Of a stretch of DNA of 64,000 nucleotides, positions 33,708 to 45,769 are shown piece by piece. This DNA is from Vicugna vicugna (lineage: Eukaryota). The DNA lies in contig MU058198.1 of NCBI GenBank assembly GCA_013265495.1, forward strand, positions 1,314,419-1,378,418. Reading direction: 5' to 3'. A model generated the notes under the pieces. The model was not told the DNA's origin and searched no databases. It saw only the letters and a list, made by a program, of their open reading frames with translations. Numbering within the stretch: position 1 is the first letter of the stretch; every line of letters begins with the position of its first letter. The position numbers and the translations under genes were made by a program.

Positions 33708-34385
33708 TAGAGATTTTTCTGAAGAAGATACACAGGTGGCAAATAGGCACATGAAGAGATGTTCAACATCACTATTAGAGAAATTCAAGTCAAAACCACC
33801 TGACTTGTGATATGTGAGATATTACCTCACATCTGTCAAAATGGCTACCATCAAAAAGTCTACAAATAACAAATGTTGGCAAAGATATGGAAAAGGGAAT
33901 CATAGTACCTTGTTGGTGGGAATGTAAATTGGTGCAGCCCCTATGAGAACAGTATGGAGGTTCCTCAAAAAAACTAAAAGAAGAACTTCCATATGATTCA
34001 GCAATTCGACTGCTGGCTATATATATGAAGAAAATGAAAACACTAATTCAAAAAGATACATGCGCCCGAAGTTCATAGCAGCATTATTGGCAATAGCCAA
34101 GACACGGAAGCAACCTAAGTGTCTATCAACAAATTAATAGATAAAGAAGATGTGATATGTATGTATGTGTATGTGTGTGTATATATATATATATACACAC
34201 ACATACACATACATACAAAGAAATATTACTTGGCCTTAAAAAGGAATAAAATTTCATCATTTGCAACAATATAGATGGACTTGGAGATTATTATGCTTAG
34301 TGAAGTGAATCAGACAGAGAAAGACAAATACTGTATACTATCACTTACACGTGGAATCTAAGAAATAATACAAATGGATGAATAA
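33708..34385 (+). mobile_element. LINE-1 ORF2 end and 3'UTR fragment
   Basis: 'aggcacatgaagagatgttcaacatcacta', 'ggtgggaatgtaaattggtgcagcc', 'gcaacctaagtgtctatcaac', 'agacagagaaagacaaatactgta'. Confidence 0.9.
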
Positions 34386-35106
34386 ATATATACCATTCCC
34401 TATTACTGGGCTCTTGGGAGAAATGCACTTAGCCAAGTGTAGAGTACAAAAGACACCAGGTAAGCCTGGTACCTCTTGCTGTCTCACAAAGTAAAGAAAT
34501 GATCAAAGAATGATGAGGGCATGTCAGAAGGACACAAAAGTCAGTATAAAAGGATTCCCAGGGACCAAATTTGAGAAATGTTAGGGATCAGAAAGAATAA
34601 TCACTGCAATTGATTAAGAAATGTTGCATTTTTTTTAAATTCCATGAGTCTATAGTGATGCAATGGGGTGGAGGTGAGAAGGATAAGGTTAAGAAATTCT
34701 TTTTAGACAAAAATGCTAGTTAGTAAATGTAGAGGGAATGACAGAATTTGGAAATCAACATATTTCAACTTCCAATGCAGTGATTGATTCAGACTAGGAT
34801 GCCACATCCTCTAAATGAAAGTCATTGGGAAATAGTATTATCCCACAAATTGTATGCTTACCCAAATATATCTTCATACTTCATGATTTAGAAATGTGGC
34901 TGATACCATCTAAACCAAGTGAGCAAATTAAATATCATTAATAGTGGAACAATCTGACAGCGTGTACTTGCTGACATAATGCAATGCATTGTGTTTGGAT
35001 TACCTATGAAATGTTCTTGCCAAGTATGTTGATCCTGAATTTAATATAGCCCCAATCTAAAACTAATCTCCGATTTATAGTAAAGAAACAAGTTAAATAC
35101 CATGAG

Positions 35107-35606
35107 TACCTTAGTCTGTTCAGGTTGCTATAACAAAATACCGCACACTGGGTAGCTTATAAACTACAAAAATTTATTTCTTACAGTTCTTGAGCCTGGA
35201 GGTTTGAGATCAGGGCGCCAGTATGATTGAGTAAGGGCCTTTTTCTTATTGTACCCTCATATAGTGGAAGGGGCCTCTTTTATACGAGTGCAAATCCATC
35301 AGGGAACGATATTCAATATCTTACAGTAACCTATGATGATAAAGAATACGAAAAGGAATATATGTCTGTATATGTATGACTGAAACATTATGCTGTACAC
35401 CAGAAACTGACATGACATTGTAAACTGACTATACTTTAATTTAAAAAATGGTTAAAAAAAAAAAGAGAGAGTGCTAATCCGACTTATGAGGACTTCATCC
35501 TCATGACCTAATCACTTTCCAAAGGCCCGTCTTATTACCATCACCTTGGGGTTAGGATTTCAAAATACATACTTTGGCGGGGGACACAACCATTCAGACC
35601 AAAGCA
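35107..35606. mobile_element. MaLR (MLT1A-like) solo LTR with 5-bp TSD ATGAG, interrupted by a young L1 3' end
   Basis: 'ttagtctgttcaggttgctataacaaaatacc...gggacacaaccattcagaccaaagca'; ATGAG at 35102-35106 and 35607-35611. Confidence 0.8.
35299..35464 (+). mobile_element. 5'-truncated LINE-1 3' end with poly-A
   Basis: 'cagggaacgatattcaatatctt...tgctgtacaccagaaactgaca..acattgtaaactgactatac' plus A-tail; TSD-like gagtgc(a/t)aatcc. Confidence 0.8.
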
Positions 35607-38600
35607 ATGAGGAAACAATCACACACATGCAGTCTGTGAGACACTCAAGAAGATGACTGACCTAGAGTCCTCTCAAAGGCAATGTCATGGGGAAAAAAAA
35701 GCAGGAGGATTCTTCTGGGTTAGAAAAGGCTAACAATACATAACAACCAAATGCATTATATGCTTGGATCCTGGATAGAAGAATTTAAAAAAAAAAAGCT
35801 ATAAAAGACATTTGCGGACAATTGAGACATTTTTAGTGTGGAAAAGATATGAATTATATTAAGGAATTATGGTTAACTGTCTTAGATGTGAAAATAGTAT
35901 GTGGTTATAAAGGAGAATGTCCTTATGTTTTAAAGATGAATGCTGAAGAATTTTAAAGCAAAGAGAGTAATGCCAGGAACTTACTTTTGTATCATTTAGA
36001 GAAGATTGTGTGTATGCATGTATGTAAACAGAAAAACAGTGCAAATAAGGAAACTAGTTCAAGTACTCCAAAATGATTCTGACTCTGAAGCAAACCACTG
36101 AGCGAGGCAGTGAACAACCTGGATTCCCCAAATTAGTATCTCTGTTGGTGACTGAGGAAATCTCCTGGAAACCAAACCAAAATCCATCTCTGCACATATG
36201 TCTCTCACTCAGTTTCTCAACTCAGTCATGGTAACACCCAGTGTCTCTTAATGACGGCTTCATGAGTGAACTTGTCCCCACTGGCTCCCTTGTCTGGCCC
36301 GTTGTGAAATCTTTTATCATCTTAAATACTAATTTTTTTTTTGTTAATCTGATGATAAAGAAGGCTCCCCTCAGCATCTTTGTCAAAACAGAGAAAGATG
36401 TCCAGATGTTTTAGGAAAGTCAATAGCTCATGACTGCAGTTGGGATGTAGGAGTAGGTGACTTTTTGCTGATTGATTTCATAACCTCTCAAGGCACATAG
36501 ATTATTTATTATTTCCTTCTCTAAAGTGCCTTCTATCTCTAAAGCTCCATAGTGCAACACCAGCTGGTCCAAGAAAAAATTGCTCCAAGACTTTACTGGT
36601 GTGATCCTATCTTTTACCAGTATTGTGGCCTGTGGCCAGGTCTACCTTGCTGAGCCTCAGTTATTTCATTTGTAAAATAAGGGTGCTAGTGATAATAATA
36701 GCTATTTCACAGGGGTTTTGTGGAAATCAGATGAGTTAATGGCCATGAAATTGCTTCGTACTATGAAAATGCAACAAATGGATCTTGTCCAATCTAATCA
36801 ACGGAATTAACAAATGGAGAACATGAAGTCCAACAAGGACATGACTTGATTGATGTCACACAGCAAGTTTGTTCATTCACTCATTCAGTAGCACTTATTG
36901 AACACCTCTCCTGGGCCAGCATTTACTTGTTCTAGAATATGGAGAATACTTAGACTGTTCGTTTAATCAATGTAGATGTAATTGTAGATGCTCATGTAGA
37001 TAGATTAGAAGCAGAGAGAGGTAGAGTTGGAGCTAGCTCACTAACTTTATTGAATCATCCCAGCACCACACTTAGAGCTTGGGTGTGTTACCTCATTGAA
37101 ACTTACAACAACCCTATGAGAAAGGTCCTATGATTATCTGAATTTCAGGCAATTGAGGATATAAATGAAAGAGAGATGATAAAGGCCTGAAAATACCAGT
37201 GAGAATATAGACAATGGAATGGACTGTAGATTGAGAAGTTTGAATATATAGAACTTAGGAAAACAATGGGATAAAAGGATTAAGGAAAACAGAGGGGACA
37301 AGAATCTCTGTTTTAACTTAGTGGGTGATATTGTCATTCAGAGGGAAGAGCCTTGTTCACTCATTTAACCAAAATCAACTTAGCACTTAACATGTGCCTA
37401 ACAATGTTTTAGCCTCTAGGGATATACCAATTAGCAATACAGGCAAAAATGCCTATCTTCTTGAGCATATATTGTACGAACAGAAGAATAATAAATTCAA
37501 GCATCATCATAATGAGTTTTTGAGATGCCCATAGGACTTCTGAAAGAAGGTATTCGGGAAATAATTGGAGAAGTGGGTTTAAAACTCAAAAGAGATGTTT
37601 AGACTAGAGAAAGACTTTGGGACTCTCCAGTGTATATATGGTGATTGAGTTTATAGACATGAATGAGATCATCCAAGCATGGTATGCAGTACAAGAAGAA
37701 GAGTAGGCAGGACTAAGGTGAAGCCCCAGGAAACACCAATATTTAAGGAGAAGAGGAGTCCAAGAAAGAGATGGAAAAGGAACAGTCAAGACCTCATCAA
37801 AGAGGTAAGAGGAAAGCCAGACGAGAATGATATAACGGCTACAAAGGAAAGTGAGGACTGTAAGAAGGATTGGTGAATAGTGCCAAGTGCTGCTGAGAGA
37901 TCAAGATAAAGTCAGGAGTGCCCACTGAATGTCCATATGATTAAGGTTAAAAAAAAAAGTTTCAGGACAGTAATAGGGACATGAGGCCAATGCAGTGCGT
38001 AGAGGCATGACTAGAAGGAGAAGCTACGGTGGCCTCAATTAAACTATCCTTTTAGGAACTTAACAGTGAAGAGAAATACAAGCAAGGAGAGACCTAGGGT
38101 GAAGGGTCACCTTTCAAAATATAGGAACAATGTCAGCTTGTTCATGTGCTGATGAGAAAAAGTCAGTGAAAGAGAAGCTGGAGGAGAAAAGATGAAAAAT
38201 GTGTGAAGCATCTATGGAAGCAAAGAGGGGTGGAATCCAGAACACCCTTAACATGGATTTTCTCCTGACCCTGGAGGGAGGTAAGCTGGGGTGTGGAAGC
38301 AGGAAATGAGGAAGGGGGAATGGCTGCAAGTTGAGGAAATTCTTGCTGGTGGCTTCTGCAAGGTGGAAGTGAGGTTGTTTACTGAGACTGTTCAGGGAGT
38401 GCAAGAAGACTGAAGAAGGTGGAAATGGGAAATAAAGGAGGATGCTGACTAAGGAAGTCATCCCTTTACTTTGATGAACATTTACTTGTTTACTTTAATA
38501 CCCAAACAACTCCGCGTAGCAGGTATTATAATCATTCTTCCATTTTATGGAAGACTTAGAGAAGGGGCTGGAATTAGCACCTGGGTCTTCTGAATCCAAG

Positions 38601-39121
38601 AGCCTAAATCATTATCTCAAATTGCGTTCCCTAACTGGAGCTGGCCCAGAAGTCTTGAAAGCCCTTCTAAGGCAGGCAACTGTAATTTTTGAACTGTTGA
38701 TCTAAAAAGCTTATGGAGTTCTTTTACTCACTGGTGACACTGACCTAGGAGTTAGGGAAAGACAGGACTGATGAGAAACCTCACCTCTCTCCTTTTTTCT
38801 AGAGAACTGGACTGTGATTCCAACCTGGTAGAGAGTTACAATGAGGCAATGGGGGAAAACAAGTAGAAATTCCCAGTTCCTATTTTCTCCCTTAATGTTT
38901 GAGAACTTGCCACTGCTAAACTTGCAAGAAAAACTGATTCGAGAGAAGCTAAGATTTCCATCTGTCAACTTCATCTGGTCTCTAAACTAGGGGAGAGAAG
39001 ACCATTTAGCTGAGAGACACCTTGGAAAATCCTGTAGAAAATTATTTCATTTAATAAGCACAGTAGACCCTTCTCAGCAGCATTCATGTTTTGAGAGAGT
39101 TTACTTAAAAAACCAAGAAAC

Positions 39122-39273
39122 CACAGAGAAAGGAATGTGACAATGAATATATATATATGTTCATGTATAATTGAAAAATTGTGCTGTACACTGGAATTTG
39201 ACACAACATTGTAAAATGATTATAAATCAATAAAAAATGTTTAAAAAAAAGAAAAAGAATAGTTACCATCAAC
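39122..39273 (+). mobile_element. 5'-truncated LINE-1 3' end
   Basis: 'tgtgctgtacactggaatttgacacaacattgtaaaatgattataaatcaataaaaaa' plus A-tail; TSD aaaaaccaagaaa at 39108-39120 and 39274-39286. Confidence 0.75.
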
Positions 39274-39329
39274 AAAAACCAAGAAAACTTTTAATGTAAA
39301 AAAAAATAATAATACATATGACACACAAA

Positions 39330-39480
39330 ATATGTGCTAATAGACACTAATGTTATTGGTAATTTCTGGCTAGCAGTAGTCTATTAATAGTTAAGTTTGG
39401 GGGGAGTCAAAGCCATATATGGATTTCGACTATGCATTGGGTCAGAGCCCCTAACTCTTGCATTGCTCGAGTCAATTGTA
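39330..39480 (+). mobile_element. Tigger1-like DNA transposon end
   Basis: 'tagttaagtttggggggagtcaaa...gcccctaac...gtcaattgta'. Confidence 0.6.
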
Positions 39481-42294
39481 TATAAAAATTTGAGATTATA
39501 CATTCCAGGGGAGGGAACAATGAATGCAAAGGTCCTGAAGTAGGAACAACCTTGTCAGGTTCAATGGATGGAGCATGGTGAGAAAGAGAAAGAAGAGTGG
39601 TAATAGATGAGGCTGGAGAGGTGGGTAAGAGCCAGGATATGTAGATAAATGGTTTTCAATCTTCACTGCACATTAGAACCACTAGAGATGCTTTTTGGAA
39701 AAAATAAATACAGATGACTCCTCTCCCTGAGAAACGGATTTAATTTGCCCGAGGTGGGACTGAGACACAGGTGCTATGAAACCTCCTGGGGCTCCTGATC
39801 GGTATTCACAGTTCAGTTTCTCTAACATTGAGGCTTCCAGAGAAACTGGAGTAAGGAGAGTGTGCGTGAAAGACTGTGCGTAGACACAAGAATTAATGAA
39901 AGCTAAACCTGGTAAGCTGAAGAATCATTTCAAAAGAACTGCTCTTTTAAGGACATTCTCCCACAGAGAAATTTGAGCAGTCTTAATTGCCAGACCTCCT
40001 GAGGACATAAAAGCATGGCCTGCCAAGAAAACTTAGCCCAAGAGGCACCAACAAATGCAATGTCAAGACTTTACATCTTTCAAGTAGGCTAATGTATATT
40101 GAATCTGCAATACATGCTTGACATTGTATGCTTGGCACTTTTCGACAGGACCTCGTTTTATCTTCATTACAATTTCATCCAATTGGTGAAGCAGACCTAT
40201 TTTAGAGATGGTAATACTCATCTTGGAGAGATAATGCCACACATTAACTGGCAGAGATGAAATTTGAACTCAGATCTCTCTAATTCCAAAAAAGTCTATG
40301 TGTGTACTGTACGTAAAATCTTGTTTGCTGAGGTTACAAAATGGTTGGTCTGATTTTTTTTTTCCAAAGGACTGCTCCTCTAGGAAAGTTCTCTTGAGTT
40401 AGTTATGAAAGACCTCCAGAAACAGAATGAATCTAAGACAATCTGGTAAAATGACAATTGCGATAGTCATTACCCATCTAGCTGCCGCCTAAGTAGTGCT
40501 AGAATATGCATTCTGGCCAAAGGACAAGTTCTGACCAGTGAACAGGAATGAGTGGGAATAATGTCCATCATTTCTAGGCTAGAGCATATAATTTCTCCCT
40601 CCCACACCTGCTAGAACCCTTCAAATAATGGTTGTTCCATTGGCCAGTTTACAGAAGACCCATGATGTAGAGGTAGAAGAGCAAAAAAATAAGTGAATTT
40701 TTGTCAGTTTATAGCTGACTGAGATACGTGGGATTTATCACTTTATCCTGATACAAACTGGATCCTCCTCCTCTGTGTTTTACTAAGGATGACAAATTGC
40801 CAGTTCTATTTATGCAAGACACATACCTCAAAGTACCTGCGCGTGTGTGTATCTCTTTTACTTTGTTGCTAAGTCTATTCAAAATTTAAAACTCCAAGTC
40901 CTTCAGTGGAAACCATTTTTCTAGATACTTTTTTTCAGTGTAAAACAAAAATCAGTTGTTCAGTCTGTCAAGACAATTGATGAATGGAGGGCTAACTAGT
41001 AGCCACATTCAGACCACAAGTTCTTCCTTGGGAGGAAAATGCATGTGAGCCAAGCAAGGGCAAAAGGAAAGTCTCCAAAAGAAGAGTCTACACATGTTAA
41101 TGTTATGGGAGAAATACATCAATTTATTCAGCAAGTGTGGAGAAAGCTACTATGTTCCAAGCATCGTTCAAAGTGCAAGAGATAGAAGAGTGAACAGAAC
41201 AGACAGAAATTCCTCTTTCATCAATCTACATTACAATGGACTGAGGGAAGATAATGACATGGGTCCAAAAGCAGTTAATTATGCCAGTATAAATTCTCCT
41301 TATTTCTCATGATATGATCGGAATAAATGAGAAATGTGGAGAGCCAACAACCTCTCTCTTGCTTCATATTTGGGGTAAAGTCTGAAGCAATATGTTGGAT
41401 AATCTAACCTACATCATCTGGGGCCCTAAAAAAACAGGTCATTAATTTGCCTTAAACTCTTAACTGCTGGTTTTATATTTCTCTTCACAGGAAACAATAG
41501 TTCTTTCTTCTCCTGGCTGCACCTGGGGTCCTGCCCATTGGCCTAGAGAACGGAGTGGAGCTGATGTTTTGTTAACTGTATCTGCGTGGCATCCAGAGTT
41601 CCCTTCACCCTCTTGGAAACCTCTGAAGATTTAAGAATAGTGGTTAAGAGGAGACCCTCCCTTGGGCCACTCACTCAGGCCAGAAGGCTCAGGGGTTAGA
41701 GCTTGAAGTCAATGGTAACACGGTTCTTGACTCTAACTGGCATGTTGGCATTGAAAATACTGCAGCTCATGGTCAGCTGTTGACTATTGTGCCATCAGTT
41801 CCAGGGGGGACAAAGGCAGTGACAGCCCCACCCCATTTCTTTAATTCCGATAACTATGAGCTGTTGTGTATCTGTACCTTGTGTGTCCCTAGGACCCTGA
41901 ACACAGGCTGGTACAAAATGTGTTAACTACTAAATATTTGAAGAGTAAATGGTACCCTAAATAATCGTGGGCTTCTACCAAATACAGACAGATACAGACA
42001 CCTAATGCATATTAACAAAAGCAGGGAGGTCAGTTCAACTTACTGTCTTGCCTCATGGCCCCTTTAGGAGACAGGGCACTGGGGGCCGAAAGGCCACAGT
42101 CACTATTCTACTACTGTAAGGCAAAACCTGATTAATCATTCTTATATGAGTAAAGCACAACAGCAAGTGATGGTTGATAACTGGTCATTAAACCCATCTC
42201 TCAGTAAAAGAAACCAGGACTCCTTGGAGAAATGGTGGATTTTAGAACCAGGACAGGAAATGTATAAGATGAACCTGGGACAGTTTATCACTCA

Positions 42295-43042
42295 TGCTAT
42301 CAGCCCAGGCCCCAGGAGGATGCCACAAAGGCCCACGCCAAAACCAGACTGAACTGGCTAGATTCAAAACAGTGGGCCAAGTAGGCTAAAGGTTACTGCT
42401 TTCCTTGCCTTGATTTCTCTGTTTCCGTACCAACCACTGAGAAATGAAGGACACTTGCTTTGATTTTTCTGTTTGTTTCAAAGGTACGTGGTGTTTGGCA
42501 GAGATGCTTTGCTACTGTACTTTGAGAGATACATGCTTTGAGAGATATACAGCAGTCAACTATCCAGAACAGGCTCTAACATGACCACAGGAACATGCCT
42601 GCAAAGATGAAACCTGGAGGCATTCAAGAGCTACATTCGCTTCATTACCATGCTAACATCTCTGCGCATTGTGGGTATTTGTACTTTGCTAGGCACAATT
42701 CGCGCTGTGTGCAAAGGAGCATGGGAAACCACTCATGCCCCGCTGCCCCCGAAAATCCCTGCCCCTTTCCTAGAGCCCTTAATGATCTGTCTGCCTCCTA
42801 TCCTATCCCTTAAAGTTCCCTTACTTCCCTCCCTTTGGGAAGCAGGTGCTTTAAGAGATTGAGTTCCCCTTCTCCATTCTCTGGCCATTGAATAAAAGCC
42901 TGTCTTACTTGTACCAAACTCAGTTTCATTATTAGCAGCATGAACCTGAGCAGGAAGGAACTCCCTGACCGAGCCGGGGGGGAGTGGGGGGCTTCAGTTT
43001 ATCTAGGGCCCCAAGAGGGGGACCATGTCTAATTCGGTAACA
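42295..43042 (+). mobile_element. ERV solo LTR inserted in an old L1 fragment
   Basis: TG...CA termini (tgcta/taaca), AATAAA near 42892 followed by a U5-like segment; flanks resume an L1M-like sequence; 5' bound uncertain. Confidence 0.6.
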
Positions 43043-43705
43043 ATCTTAGTGTGCCAAAAGCAAACAAGCTTTTAAAGACCGATGAGGTCATGTCAAAAGG
43101 TCATGTCATAAAGACACAGAAGTCAGACTGAAGGGCTTCCCATGAGTCATTTTGGGACAATTTGAGCTATTGAAAAAATGGCTTCATTGGATTAAAACAG
43201 TATGTATGTGTATGTATGAATATATATGATTATTTATGAGCTCATAATCATACTTCAAAAATGTATTATTAAAAATGTTCATTAGTCACTAACGTGGGTT
43301 TCTGAGCACCAACTCATTATGCTGGCAATTGATCATAATAACAAAAAGAAGGAATCAAGCATTTAAAATAACCCTTGGCCCTAGGCAACTATTTAACCTC
43401 TCAAAGTTCGTTTTCTTATCTGTAAAGTAACAGTACTAGAGGTGCTTCCCTTATAGGACTTTTTGTGAGGATTATGTAAAATAATACACGTAGGGTCCCA
43501 GGAAATTATAAAGCACTGTATGCATGTAAAGGATAGCTGTTATTAATCTGTGGACAGTTTCTAAGTGAAAAAAAAATCTCTGAGGATTTATAGACACCTA
43601 ACATCCAGATTGGTGTGCTTATAAGATCTTGAGGAGCAATTCAACATTATCAACCTCTGATCCAGGTAGCTTACCTAAGAGGTCAAGTGTAGATTTTCTA
43701 TTCTG

Positions 43706-43840
43706 GGTTTTTTTTTTTTTTTGGTGGGGGGAGCTAATTAGATCTGTTTGTTTATTTTTGGAGGAGGTACTGAGGATGGAACCCAGGACCTTGTGCATGT
43801 TAAGCATGCACTCTTCCACTTGAGCTATACCCTCCCCAAT
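43706..43840 (-). mobile_element. Vic-1-type tRNA-derived SINE (camelid)
   Basis: Minus strand reads GGGGAGGGTATAGCTCAAGTGGAAGAGTGCATGCTTAACATGCACAAGGTCCTGGGTTCCATCCTCAGTACCTCC plus A-tail; 16-bp TSD tagattttctattctg at 43690-43705 and 43841-43856. Confidence 0.88.
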
Positions 43841-45291
43841 TAGATTTTCTATTCTGATATGGTTTGCAGTCTCCCCCTTGAAGCCTATGCTGGGTTGTAA
43901 TTACTGCACACTCAGTCACCAGGGATAGAGTTTGCTCCATGAGGTCCCAGCTAATGGTCTGAGCTGCATATCCATATTCTCCCTGGGGCCTCCTGCGTAA
44001 CAAGATCCCTGGTGTTTATCACCACTGGAAGAAACCTTGGCCCTTCCAAAAGAATCATTAGAGGGCTGGTGGCAGTCTAATGGTGGTGACTTACTACCTT
44101 GCCTCCCCAGTTAATGCAAGAGGCACCTATATAGCAGGACACCTGTATAACCAAGGAAGAAAGCATGGAATATATACTGCCCTTTGCTCGAGGGAGAATT
44201 CAGTACTTACAGTCCAAATAAAGAATTCTGAAATCTCAGAGAAGCTCAAAGAGCCAAGTGAATCCCAAGTAACAATGGTTGAGTGACTCTGCCCCAAATT
44301 TTGGGTGAAAGCACTAAGGAGAGGGAATATCTGAGAAGAGGAATTCAGACCTAAGACACCCTTGGCACCCCAACATGACACAGGAGAGCATCTGAAAGTG
44401 TTCCAAAAAGGTGCTGAGGGGAGGCTGGAAGACTGGGGTGCCTTGCAGTCAGGACTATAATGAGCACTACTCAACCCTGGTGGCTACAGAGCAGAGAATT
44501 ACGGGGACAATTCACTGTGGTTGCAGCAGAAGGATGCAGGGATCAAAGATCAGTGAGGCTTGCATCTTTCAGCAGGAGTACCGTGATGTCAAAGACTATG
44601 GACCAGATTCTGTTCCCTGATACCAGGATGACACATCAGCTCTCTGAACTCTGTACCATACCCACGGAGATGGAAAGAGAATGTCAAGGTATTGACTGAG
44701 TTTAGACTAGGAACTGGCCAAATTTAAATACTAAAGTGATGTAGTCAGCAGTGACTACATCAAGTGTTCTGTTCTTAAGCAAAATGGAAATTCAAGAATG
44801 AAAGTAATAGTAGCATTACAGAGAAATAAAATTATATTTTCCACATATCTGAGTTTGTAACTGTATAGTTCATGCCCACTAGAAATAATTTATAAATTTT
44901 TCTGATTATAGAAATACAGCAGTAGATGCTTATTCAAAAATATGTATAGTACTAGAAAATATAAGAAATATATTAAAATGAAAATATAAGAAATAAATTA
45001 AAATGAAAGTATAAGAAATAAATGAAAAGAAAAGAAATAAAGAAAAAATGAAAATCATAATCCAACTGCCCATGCATATCATTCTTAATATTTTAGTGTA
45101 TTTTTCTCAAAGTTTTTTTTATTCATCTGCATATTGTTTTACAAAATTGGGATCATGTTCTGTCAGGCTATCACCAAGCCTGTTACATTAAAACTTAGAA
45201 AGACCCCTTGGCACAGAAAGATATAAAACATAAAAATAGGAACAATAGCTTGTCAAGAAATTCATTTTATGTTAAGAAGGGAGATTCTTGG

Positions 45292-45769
45292 CAGTGCTGT
45301 GCTGGAGTGGGCTATTTCCAGCTCACCAGAGCCAACTGTATACATCTCTTCCCAGCTCTTTGTTCCCAGCTTAGTGACATCACTCTGGTGGGTAAAAAAA
45401 TCAGCCATGGAATCAGTCATGATGGGAGTATTTGCACAGTAGAAATTGGCAGATACAGCTGATCGTTGAACAACACAGGTTTGAACTGCGTAGACCAACT
45501 TAACCTGGATTTTTTTCCATAGTAAACATTACAATACTATACCATCTGCAGTTGGTTGAGTCCGTAAATGTGGAACCACACATGTGGAGAAATAATGGAT
45601 AATGGAGGGGGGGATCCCCAGCTACAAATTAAACAGGGATTTTCTACCACTTGGATGGTTGGTGTCCCTAAACCCCTGCATAGTTCAAGGGTCAACTGTA
45701 CTACAAATCAGGGCTTTTTTGTTTTTTCAACAAAAAGGCCAGTTGTTAAACATTTACCAGCACACAACT
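45292..45769. mobile_element. MER63-like hAT MITE, interrupted by a Tigger MITE
   Basis: Ends cagtgctgtgctgg...ccagcacacaact; internal 'gatgggagtatttgcac', 'ctacaaatcagggc'. Confidence 0.7.
45456..45698. mobile_element. Tigger1-derived MITE with TA target-site duplication
   Basis: ta|cagctgatcgttgaacaac...gttcaagggtcaactg|ta terminal inverted repeats. Confidence 0.82.

Noticed and set aside
36600..38600. Many short ORFs and scattered MIR/L2-like fragments here and throughout the introns
   Set aside because: Ancient repeat remnants; boundaries cannot be placed reliably by eye and no coding signal is present.
43760..43837. tRNA gene on the minus strand
   Set aside because: tRNA-like head is followed by a SINE body, A-tail and TSD, so it is a SINE.
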